A DNA stretch of 64,000 bases from an uncultured Phycisphaerales bacterium (GCA_963772725.1 CAVYYI010000001.1:1248001-1312000), one strand, 5' to 3'; shown: positions 1-9,498, counted from the first letter of the stretch. Numbers and translations: made by a program. Notes: generated from the letters alone by a model not told the origin.

Positions 1-334
1 TTTTATGTACATTGATGACTGTGTTTTGGGTATTGATATGATTATGCACTGCGAGAATCTGATTGCTACTCCGATTAACCTTGGTTCGAACGAATTGATT
101 TCTGTCAATGATTTGGTTTCCTATGCCGAAGAAATCGGTGGTGTCAAGTTGGAGCGTCATTATGATATGAATGCTCCACAGGGTGTGGCCGGTCGAAACA
201 GCGATAATACCTTTATCAGGCAGATTTTGAACTGGGAGCCGAGTACACCGTTCAAGCAAGGTCTCAAGAAGACTTACAAATGGATTGAACAGCAATATAA
301 AGACCGTAAAGCTGGTAAGCGCACCGTTAGTTAA
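1..334 (+). CDS. NAD-dependent nucleotide-sugar epimerase/dehydratase, C-terminal fragment (GDP-mannose 3,5-epimerase-like)
   Basis: FMYIDDC...PINLGSNELISVN...PQGVAGRNSDNT...LNWEP is the C-terminus of extended SDR epimerases; truncated by the window edge. Confidence 0.8.
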   Translation, partial: FMYIDDCVLGIDMIMHCENLIATPINLGSNELISVNDLVSYAEEIGGVKLERHYDMNAPQGVAGRNSDNTFIRQILNWEPSTPFKQGLKKTYKWIEQQYKDRKAGKRTVS

Positions 335-355
335 CTATATCCAAGGAGAAGTGCC

Positions 356-1171
356 GTGCCTAATGGGAAAAAACATGACATTACGAACATTATCGGAAAG
401 ATTCAGTATCGAATTGCTCTGGCCGGTGGATGGATTGATCAGCCGTTTATGTCAAAGCATAATCCATCTCCTCCGGGTTCAATGGTTGTCGTAGCTGTAG
501 AGCCACAGTTTCGATGGATGGAGCGTGCAGGTATCTGCGGCAGCACGCGTTCCATCGCAATGAACCTGTGGGATGGCAGATTGCCGGATGATAATCCCGA
601 GAAGCTGGTTCGCATTTTATACGAAACTGAAAATAAGAATAAATCTGAACCATCCGGTTCGCAGGATATGATTGGCATCATTTATCCAGGCATCAACAGA
701 CTTGATTATGATTTTGCGTATGAAGGAGGGTATTTCCCGAAACATATCGAATCGAATAATGACCCCGAAATTGCCCGCTGGCTTGAAAGCATGCTCTATG
801 TTCTGCCTATCAATATGCGTCCAGATGGTTACAATCCTCTTGGCAGGCAAAACCTGACTCCTGAGTGGGTGCAGCATCTGGGGCAGTCCGGCAGGGATTG
901 CTTCGATGCGATTTTGGACAAAAACCTCAAAGCGTTGGGGCAGTCGATGAATCATTGTATGAAAGCCTGGCATAAACTCTTGCCGGATATTTTTGAGCAT
1001 CCTGCGCTTAATCCGGATATTGTTCCTCTGATGGAGTACTATCAGAAAAGATATGGCGGTGCGATGTATTCCGGCTGTGGCGGCGGATATCTTTTTGTTG
1101 TATCCGATGAGCCGGTTCCTGGAGGCTTTCAGGTCAAGATAAAGGTAGCAAAGTCATGGCCCAAAAAGTGA
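356..1171 (+). CDS. GHMP-family sugar kinase-like protein
   Basis: RIALAGGWIDQP, SGSQD and YSGCGGGYL motifs typical of GHMP kinases. Confidence 0.7.
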   Translation: MPNGKKHDITNIIGKIQYRIALAGGWIDQPFMSKHNPSPPGSMVVVAVEPQFRWMERAGICGSTRSIAMNLWDGRLPDDNPEKLVRILYETENKNKSEPSGSQDMIGIIYPGINRLDYDFAYEGGYFPKHIESNNDPEIARWLESMLYVLPINMRPDGYNPLGRQNLTPEWVQHLGQSGRDCFDAILDKNLKALGQSMNHCMKAWHKLLPDIFEHPALNPDIVPLMEYYQKRYGGAMYSGCGGGYLFVVSDEPVPGGFQVKIKVAKSWPKK

Positions 1172-1974
1172 TAACAGCAGGCGGATTTAGTCAAATCGAT
1201 TCTAAAAAAGTCCGCTTCTTTCATGAAGCATCGCGATTAGGCCAACTCCGCGTTGTGTTGTTTGACGATGCCCTCATTGGAAAAATGACGGGAGACAAGC
1301 CGAAATTTCCATTGCCGGAACGAATTTACTTTGTTGAAAATATTCGATATGTCAACAGGGTCTATACGATTGGCAGCCTTGAGCAGCTTCGGGATATCTG
1401 CGGTTTGGTCGATTGTGATGTAAATATGTGGATTTCATTGCAATCTGAGAAAATTTCTGAGTTTTGCTCATGTGCTGAGGGCCAGAAAATTGAATACCGT
1501 GTCATTTCGGATGATTCGCTAAAGGGTTATCCGGAACATGATTATGATTTGAACAGTTCTTCAGGCAAAAAAGTAATTGTAACCGGCTGTTTTGACTGGT
1601 TCCACACCGGACATATAAGGTTCTTTGAAGAAGCATCGGAATATGGTGACCTGTATGTGATTCTTGGACATGACAAAAATATTATAGAACTCAAGGGACC
1701 GGGACACCCGATGTTCCCTGAGGATGAGCGTAAATATCTCGCTGGGGCAATCCGATTTGTCAAGCAGGCATTGATATCGTCCGGTGACGGCTGGCTGGAT
1801 GCTGAGCCGGAAATCATGAAGCTCAAGCCGGATTGTTATATTGTCAATGAAGATGGCGATAAGGATGTCAAGCGGCAGTATTGTAAAAGTCACGGAATTG
1901 AATATATTGTCCTGAAACGAGAGCCCAAACCCGGCCTAAAACGGCGGACAAGTACAGACTTGCGAGGTTTTTAA
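1156..1974 (+). CDS. Cytidylyl/adenylyltransferase-family protein with two tandem domains
   Basis: C-domain VTGCFDWFHTGH (HxGH); the N-domain is a degenerate copy. Confidence 0.75.
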   Translation: MAQKVITAGGFSQIDSKKVRFFHEASRLGQLRVVLFDDALIGKMTGDKPKFPLPERIYFVENIRYVNRVYTIGSLEQLRDICGLVDCDVNMWISLQSEKISEFCSCAEGQKIEYRVISDDSLKGYPEHDYDLNSSSGKKVIVTGCFDWFHTGHIRFFEEASEYGDLYVILGHDKNIIELKGPGHPMFPEDERKYLAGAIRFVKQALISSGDGWLDAEPEIMKLKPDCYIVNEDGDKDVKRQYCKSHGIEYIVLKREPKPGLKRRTSTDLRGF

Positions 1975-1979
1975 AGTAA

Positions 1980-2056
1980 GAGCCTCTAATAAAAAGAGTC
2001 CAAATGCCTGTTTTTGATACTAAAAACGCCATTTTAGTTCATTATGTTAGAGGTTT
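1980..2056. repeat. Short MITE-like remnant with imperfect terminal inverted repeats
   Basis: GAGCCTCTAATAAAA ... TTATGTTAGAGGTTT (CCTCTAA/TTAGAGG inverted). Confidence 0.35.
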
Positions 2057-2137
2057 TAAGTAAATAACTACCAGTTAAAACGGGTAGTATAATGCTTCAG
2101 ACGAAAATGGACGTTTCCTGAATTTGAATTTTTAAAA

Positions 2138-3265
2138 TTATTTACTGACCGCGATAATAATGACCAGGTCGATAATAAACAAAAGCACGATTACGCTTTC
2201 CAGAACCAGCATCAGGAAATTATTTTTATCCTGCTGAAGCATTCCGTATAGCTCGCCGAGCGTTTTAAGCTTTTCGTCGATTATATCATTCCAGTCGCCA
2301 AGATGAAAACGAATCGAGAGTTTTTCATAAATATTGGCCAGATGCCAGTCACCAAAAAATTTGGTGATATTGAGAAGTTCATCGCTGAGCCGGGCAAAAT
2401 CAACCTTGATTTCTCTGAGATTTTTTATAACTTCGCGCTGTGCCGACGAGCGCATCTGCCCCAAATCCCTGTAGGCCGCCTGAAGCGAGCTGTTGAGAAT
2501 CCTATCGTAAGCCTCGAGTTCCGCAAGCTGCACGTTCGCCAGCTCCATAATATGCAGTACATCGTTGAGCGAATCCTTGCCACCTATGACAAGAGCCGCG
2601 TCCCAGTCCACAACAACAAGGTCCTTATCATAGTAGCTAAGATAAAGGCTGGTCGATTCGCTTGCCTCCTGCTCCGAAAGCCGCTGAGGCTCTTGTTCCT
2701 CCGTGAGCAGGCCGGCAACGGCGCGGCGATTATCCATAAGCCAGTCCTCCGCGCAAACATCAGATTCCTCCTGCCCCGGCAGGTCATCAATGCAAAACAC
2801 CGTGTACGGTTCCTCCTGACTAAGCTGCGCAACAGGTTTAACACAATACGGCTCAAGTTCCTTTTTGGCCTGCTCGGCAAGTTTGCGCACCTCGTCTTCG
2901 ACAGTTTTATCGGCAAAGCTGAAATTGTGGTAAGGGACAAGGTCTTCCAGCCTTTCGACCTCAAAGGGTACGCGCAACTGTATGCTGATTGAACCGACAT
3001 CGAAAACCTTGATACTTCGCTGAATCTGTATTTGCCCGCTTGCCCCCTGCCAAACAATCAGGGGCAGCGTTACCATTTTAGGCCGATAGAAAAACAAATA
3101 CTTGGGCATACGCTTGCTTTGCAGCATTGTGTAATCGTACATCTTTTGCCCCAGCAGCGTCCCGCCAGGTTCCCGTTTCATATCATACGCAAGGTCGAAT
3201 GCGTAAATATAAACGACCTGTCCCCGGTATTTCGGACTTTTAGATTGACTGGTTTGTGAGTCCAT
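2138..3265 (-). CDS. Conserved hypothetical protein with a C-terminal TM helix (RMD1/DUF155-like)
   Basis: 375-aa ORF; ELANVQLAELEAYD...FGDWHLANIY...LESVIVLLFIIDLVII. Confidence 0.55.
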   Translation of the reverse strand: MDSQTSQSKSPKYRGQVVYIYAFDLAYDMKREPGGTLLGQKMYDYTMLQSKRMPKYLFFYRPKMVTLPLIVWQGASGQIQIQRSIKVFDVGSISIQLRVPFEVERLEDLVPYHNFSFADKTVEDEVRKLAEQAKKELEPYCVKPVAQLSQEEPYTVFCIDDLPGQEESDVCAEDWLMDNRRAVAGLLTEEQEPQRLSEQEASESTSLYLSYYDKDLVVVDWDAALVIGGKDSLNDVLHIMELANVQLAELEAYDRILNSSLQAAYRDLGQMRSSAQREVIKNLREIKVDFARLSDELLNITKFFGDWHLANIYEKLSIRFHLGDWNDIIDEKLKTLGELYGMLQQDKNNFLMLVLESVIVLLFIIDLVIIIAVSK

Positions 3266-3294
3266 ATCGTCTTTCCGCTGACAAATTTAGTTTT

Positions 3295-3969
3295 TTATCT
3301 AATAGAGGGAATTAATGGCAGCTTGCTGTCTTCTTTAGTCGGTGCCGCACTGGTATAAGTAAATATTTTATATTCTTTGCCGCTCAACGCGATAGTTAGT
3401 CTGCCGCTTACACTGTAATTTTTGGCAATCCAGCCGTCAACGTAAATATAGCCTGATGCCTGATGCACCCTGCCGCTCTTATTATCCGTTATAAGCAATA
3501 TGAATTTGCCCTTTGTTATAAAATAAAGCTTCGAGGCGTCCCGGCTGCCGTTTTCATCGAGGTACTCTTCCGATGGTGCGATATTGCCCGCGAAATCTCC
3601 GCCCATTACGTCATAATCCACCTGGCCGTCTCTGTATGTCCCTGCCCATCTTCCGAATACGCTTCCATCAGGATTAATCTGCAGCGACACTGTCCCGCGG
3701 TCGCTGGTATCCTCACGCACGTCAGAACCATAATAAATATCTTTCGATATTTTTACCTGCTCGGCGGTCGGCTCCAAAGCCTGATTTTTTACTATCAGAT
3801 TATCAGCTTTCTTCCACGGCATTACCCTGCCCTGAGAATCCGTCTCCGGCATACCCGTGAAATTCCCGCTCATATAAAAAACTATTACACCAACGACAAC
3901 GCCCAAAAGCAGCAAAAGCAGCAGGACGTAGCCGCCACGGCTCAGACTTAGAAAAATTTCCCATTGCAA
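3295..3969 (-). CDS. Hypothetical membrane-anchored protein (start uncertain)
   Basis: N-terminal hydrophobic stretch followed by a beta-rich domain. Confidence 0.5.
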   Translation of the reverse strand: MQWEIFLSLSRGGYVLLLLLLLGVVVGVIVFYMSGNFTGMPETDSQGRVMPWKKADNLIVKNQALEPTAEQVKISKDIYYGSDVREDTSDRGTVSLQINPDGSVFGRWAGTYRDGQVDYDVMGGDFAGNIAPSEEYLDENGSRDASKLYFITKGKFILLITDNKSGRVHQASGYIYVDGWIAKNYSVSGRLTIALSGKEYKIFTYTSAAPTKEDSKLPLIPSIR

Positions 3970-4040
3970 AACTCCTTTCTTTTTGCTTTTTTACCAGTTT
4001 TCCGTTCAATAATCAATTAAAAATCGCATAGGATTTTTTT

Positions 4041-4164
4041 GCCACTCCTTCGACTTCGCTCAGGACGGTGAGCATGTCGAACCGAGAGGGACACAGATGA
4101 AGTCAGACGCAGGACTCAAGACTCACGACTATTTTTAAACGCTGATTACGCTGATGACACAGAT
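4041..4164. repeat. Cluster of short repeats including a REP-like unit (left flank of the defence cassette)
   Basis: GCCAC-[TCCTTCGACTTCGCTCAGGACGGTGAGCATGTCGAACC]-GAGAGGGACACAGA; 7-mer run CAGACGC AGGACTC AAGACTC ACGACT; AACGCTGATTACGCTGATGACACAGAT. Confidence 0.6.
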
Positions 4165-4167
4165 TTT

Positions 4168-4898
4168 TTAATTTCTTAATGTATCAATATAGACAAGTTC
4201 GCCGTTTTTGTCTTTATATTTCCAGAGTTTCCAGCCGTTAATTGTCTTTTTCTTAATCACCGCTATTCCGGCCATTGAGGGACTATCGAAACGTTTCTTT
4301 GATGGAATTAACTCAACTACGCCGTTAGGCAAAACCTTCGCCTTATGTTCTTTGCCATTATACGTGCAATAAATTCTCTGATAGGCTTTTAAAAGTCCCT
4401 GCAACGGTCTTTCTGCTTTAGAATCATACTTTCTTTTTCGTTTATGCGAAACTTTATGATTATTTGCTGATTGCTGAGAATTTCTGAAAATATTTTCCCA
4501 TTCCTCAATCGCTGCTTGTTTAGTATTTCTTTTTAAAATCGGCAAAAAGTTAGCTGACCGTTTAAGTTTCCCTTTTATGCTGTTTCCCTTTGGATATGCA
4601 ATTCGCAAGAGTAAAGATTCAAGTTCTTTAATGTGGTCTGGATGACGAATAATATAGAGGCTGAAATGTGTCCATGTGCCTTTTAGTCGGTCTTTTAGAT
4701 GATGTGGGATTCTGTTGCGTAAATTGCTTGCCAGTCCGACGTAGTGTAGTTTGTCTTTACGGTAAAGAGCATAAAGACCTTGTTCATCCATAGTCATATC
4801 AGAAATCACCTTGCGGTACTTATCAAAAATTGCAGAACTTACTTTTTCAAGATAACCGGTAACAATCGGTCTTGATAAATGTTTTCTTTTTTGGCCAT
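4168..4898 (-). CDS. GIY-YIG nuclease with a C-terminal RAMA/DUF4357-like domain (one A missing near the start)
   Basis: GLYALY-x-LHYVGLASNLRNRIPHH and ELESLL; C-terminal FDSPSMAG...TINGWKLWKY; adding one A after ATG 4898 gives MAKKRKHLSRPIVTGYLEK in frame with ORF 4168-4809. Confidence 0.7.
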
Positions 4899-4914
4899 TT
4901 ATTGAATCTCCCTT

Positions 4915-6417
4915 TTACGCAAGTTTATAGGCGATTTGTTCTTCGAGGATGTCTTTGACGGTGATTGGGCGGATTATTTTGCCGGTTTTTTTCAAAAAGG
5001 CCTGGATTTCGCTCATCGCATCCTGCGAATAATCGAACGAGACAAAAAATCCCTGCGTGCGGTCTTCTCGCATCATAACGGCCTCGAAAGAATCGATATC
5101 CGGCCTGCCGACCTTGTCTTTCTGCTTGACCTGAATAGGATACCACACATCCATAAAATCGAGTTCGCCTTTTGTTTTTTTCGGCGTCGCGGAGACAGGA
5201 TAAATACGGCCATCAATCCCCATATCGCCAACCTGAGCGACATTCGGCATCCCGCCAAGTGCGATAACCGCCCAGTTCTCAAATTCAAACGGCGGCAGTT
5301 CCCTAAGCTGTCTTTTCACTCCACGGCAGGTCACGGACAACAAACCCTCGCCCTATTTGCCAGAGCTTTTCATCTTCTTTAACTTTACACACATCTCGCA
5401 AACGCTTTGCCATCACACGGCAGGCCGTCGGCGAAATATCAATTCCGATCCATTGACGATTAAGATTTTCAGCAGCGACTAAGGCCGTTCCGCACCCGCA
5501 AAAAGCATCGAGAACAATATCATTCGGATTAGAAGATGATTTAATGATTCGCTCCAATAACGCAAGCGGTTTCTGTGTTGGATAACCCAATCTCTCTGAA
5601 CTTGTATTCGCTATGCGTGGAATATCCGTCCAAACAGATTGCAGAGCCTTTCCTGGCATTTCATCAAGATATTTTTTAGGCCATCCATTCGAGGTGTGCC
5701 ATCCTTTTTGAGAAGAATCAAGCCTTCTGAATACCACTTTTCGAGTTGTTCAATAGTATAACCCCACCCACGGCTTCTTGGTGGCATTGTTCCTCGCCAT
5801 TCAAATTTGCCAGAGTCACTATCTGACCTTGAGGCTGTCAAATCTTGACCAGTATAAAGGCGTCCATTCTCGTCTCGCTTATAGCGTTTCAATTGCACTT
5901 CATCATATCCTGCCGAAATAGTATGCCATGTGTACTTATCAGATTTAATATAAAAGAAAATCGTATCATGTATGCGTCCGTACTGGCCAGCATCATTATG
6001 TGAATTTGTTCGCTGCCATATTATTTCATTTTTGAACTGGTTTTCGCCGAAAATCTGGTCGAGCATAATTTTGACGTAATGTGAGGCGTGCCAGTCGCAG
6101 TGATAATAAAATGAGCCTGTCTTTTTCAAAACACGATGCAGTTCAACACAGCGAGGCCGCATAAATTCAATATATGCCTGCGTCGATGCGTGCCGGTCTT
6201 CAAACGCCCGCTTCTCTTTCGTCTCACCCCAGAACACTTCATAATTGCGATTGGAATTAAAAGGCGGGTCAATATAAATCAAATCAACACAATCCTCCGG
6301 CAGCTTTTTCAACTGCTCCAGATTATCGCCGCAGTAAATAACTCTCGTATCTATCAGAGCCGAAGGTTTTCCCCCAGCCTGAGTTTTTTCCGTTTCTATT
6401 TTAGCTTTCCTTGCCAT
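4915..6417 (-). CDS. Beta-class N6A/N4C DNA methyltransferase fused to an Mrr-like PD-(D/E)xK nuclease domain (3 ORF pieces, 2 frameshifts)
   Basis: IYIDPPF (motif IV), GYPTQKP, DAFCGCGT (motif I); C-terminal DMGIDG...IQVKQ; pieces join as MDGLK/KYLDEMPG and LPWSEK/QLRELPPF. Confidence 0.8.
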
Positions 6418-6572
6418 AGCTCAATAGTTTAACCCCCACAGAATTTTTTGCAAGAGGCTATTGCCAAAAAGGTTTGCCATGAGTAAACTGCAATAAGTAT
6501 GCACGCGGGCAGTCTGCGTGATGATAGATTCTGGCTATGGAAGTTAGATATTAAGGAAAAGGACGAGTTGTT

Positions 6573-7904
6573 ATGACTCCGAAGCCATGCTATGAATTCC
6601 CACAGCTAAATGAAAGCATTTTGCTGGCGAAAACGAAAGCAACGATTTCAACTAATAAAAAAGACTTTGAAGGGGATGCAGAAGTTCGGCTTGACCTGCT
6701 GCCTGACGCAGGAATACATGTCCATGTGTTGTTACCAGAATGTTCGCCCCTCTTGGGATTGAAAGAGATTGAAACATTGGCTATTGACCATAATAATATT
6801 CCCGGATTTGCTTTAAAGTGTAGTACTTCGTCAAGCGGCGAGGCCACCCTAAAATGGTGTCCTAATGCGGAACCGCTGATCGGCCGTGGAAACCAAAATA
6901 CTGAAATTACTTCGCTCGTACTTCATCTCTTCAATTACGAAAATATCTTTGGTATTCGGCGGTCAAGCGAACAAGTCGGGCCCGCTCAATACACCATTCA
7001 TCACATAGACCTCAAAGCATCTGGCTGGAATCTGGAACTAAAATCATTAACGACCACTTCTGATACATTAAAATCTTTGGATGAAACAGGTGGATATGGC
7101 CTGACACATATTGGTTTCTTACAAAAAGTTGATGGTACAAGTTTCAATGGAAAGACAGCAGAAGAGATGTTAAATGCCTTGCGTTATTTCTTATCATTCA
7201 GTAAAGGAATATGGTGTAACCCTTGCTTGGCCGTTGGTTTCGATGATAAGGAAAACAGAGTGTGGGAGTCTTGGGCATCTCCCAAGGAAGGCTGGTCTAA
7301 ACCCTCCTCTTGGTTTGACACACAACATTGTGAGCAATTGATAAATCTTTTTCCGGGTTTTATGACCAAATGGGAAGATGAAGACTGGCGTGAAGCACTG
7401 GGCGAAGTAATATACTGGTATCTAAGCAGCAACATTTCGAGTCGTGGTATTGACAATGGTATTATCCTGACTCAAGCAGCAATTGAGAGACTTTCCTTCG
7501 AATATGCAGTAAAACACAAGAGATTAATTGAGTCAGAGGGATTCAAGAACCTTCGAGCATCTGATAAATTACGGTTGCTCTTATCTTCGCTGGACATTCC
7601 CATAGATATTCCAGCATCGACGCCGGAACTCAAACAATTTAATTGGATTGATGCTCCGCACGCAATAACAGAAATCAGAAACTCGCTTGTTCATCCGGAA
7701 CACAAAAGACGTGGCAAATTCGATGAGGTATTTTATCCTGCTTGGAAATTGGGGCAATGGTACTTGGAACTTGCGATGTTGAGGGTATGTGGGTATTTCG
7801 GTACTTACAGCAATCGATTGGTTCCTGAGAGATGGGTTGGTACAGTGGAGTCTGTTCCATGGGACAATGGCAGCGGAAAAGTAGTTTCGACTGCTTCTTC
7901 ATAA
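6573..7904 (+). CDS. HEPN-domain protein (ApeA-like), putative antiphage RNase
   Basis: C-terminal EIRNSLVHP (RxxxxH), upstream AAIERL helix, beta-rich N-terminal half; next to R-M genes. Confidence 0.6.
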   Translation: MTPKPCYEFPQLNESILLAKTKATISTNKKDFEGDAEVRLDLLPDAGIHVHVLLPECSPLLGLKEIETLAIDHNNIPGFALKCSTSSSGEATLKWCPNAEPLIGRGNQNTEITSLVLHLFNYENIFGIRRSSEQVGPAQYTIHHIDLKASGWNLELKSLTTTSDTLKSLDETGGYGLTHIGFLQKVDGTSFNGKTAEEMLNALRYFLSFSKGIWCNPCLAVGFDDKENRVWESWASPKEGWSKPSSWFDTQHCEQLINLFPGFMTKWEDEDWREALGEVIYWYLSSNISSRGIDNGIILTQAAIERLSFEYAVKHKRLIESEGFKNLRASDKLRLLLSSLDIPIDIPASTPELKQFNWIDAPHAITEIRNSLVHPEHKRRGKFDEVFYPAWKLGQWYLELAMLRVCGYFGTYSNRLVPERWVGTVESVPWDNGSGKVVSTASS

Positions 7905-7916
7905 GCTTTGCTTTCA

Positions 7917-8125
7917 ATCAGTGTCAATACTGTGTTAATCCGTGTCGAGAAAAATAGAACTCAGAACACAGAAGTCCGAAGAAAACTTAAAAAATCTCTG
8001 CGAACTCTGCGCTCTCTGTGGCAAAATTTCGTCGTGCGTTGTGTGTATTGCGTTGTGCGTCTTGCATCCTGTCTCGTCCAGCGTTTTTTCACGCTATACG
8101 CCTCACGCATCACGCTGTACGCTAT
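7917..8125. repeat. Cluster of short repeats (right flank of the defence cassette)
   Basis: ATCAGTGTCAATACTGTGTTAATCCGTGTC; TCTCTGCGAACTCTGCGCTCTCTGTGGC; 7-mer runs GTCGTGC GTTGTGT GTATTGC GTTGTGC GTCTTGC and CACGCTA TACGCCT CACGCAT CACGCTG TACGCTA. Confidence 0.6.
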
Positions 8126-8181
8126 TTTCACACTGAAAACGCCGTTTTTCACGCGAAAAGTCCGATATGTCGAATTTAATA

Positions 8182-9191
8182 ACCTGAACTTTGTTTAAGC
8201 TGTGATGCAAAGAAATTCTCTGGGCTGGTAGCTGACGTTTTCGATTTTGAGCGCAGGCTTTTTCGGCAGTCTCGTATAGGCTACAAGACCGGCTATCAAA
8301 TGTGCCAGAAAGTTGATCGGGCTGCGGTGACGTGAATGTTCGATCTGACAGACATTTTTGAGTGTGTCATTGACCGTTTCAATCAATGAACGCTTTCGCA
8401 GCAGGATTTTATCCTCCAACTCCATCAAACGGCATTTCATATTTGCACGCATATTGGTTACCAGCTTAATTCCCTTGGCAAACAGTTTTTCAAACAGGCT
8501 CTGGCTGATGTAACCCTTGTCGCCAAATAGCTTTCCGAACAGGCCGTCGGCCATTGTCTCCACCGTGCTGCGATCATCGACATTACCTGCTGTCAGGCGG
8601 CAGCCCAATAAACCGCCGCGGTCATTAATGATCAGATGCAATTTAAAGCCAAAAAACCAGCCCATCGTTGTTTTACCTATTTGAGCAAGCCCGTCGAAAA
8701 CACGGTTGCGGCTGATGCGTTTATTATGACAGACTTTAAGTGCGGTGCTGTCAATAAAAGAAATACCCGTGGGCTCATCCATGCCATCGGTTTGCAAATA
8801 TACAAGCAGCGGGATTATTGCCCTTGGTATCAGATAAACAAAGCGGTCGTAGCTGACCATATCGGGAAAATCATGGCGGTGATGGGCAAGAAGGTAGTGA
8901 TAGAAATCCTTGAAAGTGCGATAGCCGCTGGTTTGGAAGGCAATAAGAATAGTCATGATCTCGCTGGTACTTAAGTTGCCTTGCCTGTTGCGTTTACGCG
9001 TTCCATCTTCTATGAGGTGCTTTACATACATTTTTTCAAAAGCTTTCCAACAATCATCGACATTCACAAATAATGTGGTAAAATCCGCTGTCATACGGCC
9101 TCCTTGCCTGCTTGGTTAATAATATTTACAAAACTATTATTTCCATCGGCAGGTTGGCCGTTTTTCTTGTATCCTTATCCAAAGTTCAGGT
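8182..9191 (-). mobile_element. IS982-family insertion sequence, 1010 bp
   Basis: Terminal IR ACCTGAACTTTG/CAAAGTTCAGGT (extends to 16/18), 5-bp TAATA duplication at 8177-8181 and 9192-9196. Confidence 0.9.
8195..9094 (-). CDS. IS982-family DDE transposase
   Basis: FIDST, GWFFGFKLHL, LFGDKGY and KRSLIETVNDTLKN motifs. Confidence 0.95.
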   Translation of the reverse strand: MTADFTTLFVNVDDCWKAFEKMYVKHLIEDGTRKRNRQGNLSTSEIMTILIAFQTSGYRTFKDFYHYLLAHHRHDFPDMVSYDRFVYLIPRAIIPLLVYLQTDGMDEPTGISFIDSTALKVCHNKRISRNRVFDGLAQIGKTTMGWFFGFKLHLIINDRGGLLGCRLTAGNVDDRSTVETMADGLFGKLFGDKGYISQSLFEKLFAKGIKLVTNMRANMKCRLMELEDKILLRKRSLIETVNDTLKNVCQIEHSRHRSPINFLAHLIAGLVAYTRLPKKPALKIENVSYQPREFLCITA

Positions 9192-9199
9192 TAATAAGT

Positions 9200-9409
9200 C
9201 ATATATGAAGCTTCATATTTCAAATATGAAGTTTCATCTGTCGAATATTAAGCTTCATTTTTCATATATGAAGTTTCATCTGTCGTATATGAAGCTTCAT
9301 AAGCCGTATATGAAGCTTGATATTTCGAATATGAAGCATCATCTGTCATATATTAAGCTTCATTTTTCATATATGAAGCTTCAAACATCGCATATTAAGC
9401 TTCAAAATT
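9200..9409. repeat. Tandem array of 10 x 21-bp units with palindromic core TATGAAGCTTCATA
   Basis: Units start at 9200, 9221, 9242, 9263, 9284, 9305, 9326, 9347, 9368, 9389. Confidence 0.95.
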
Positions 9410-9498
9410 AAGTTTCAATATGAGTATTGAATAGTCCGCATAAATTTTTTATAATACCATCGAGACAGGCCACGTATGACGCTTTACAGGGACTGAAT

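Noticed and set aside
4890..5740. Phase variation or programmed frameshifting in the R-M genes
   Set aside because: The runs are short (A6 or less) and indistinguishable from the window-wide indel noise.
9200..9409. CRISPR array
   Set aside because: Period is only 21 bp with ~7 variable, partly recurring bases; no spacer-length unique sequence and no cas genes in the window.
9112..9411. 99-aa heptad ORF as a real gene
   Set aside because: It starts inside the IS end with TTG and is open only because the repeat unit is a multiple of 3; no RBS.
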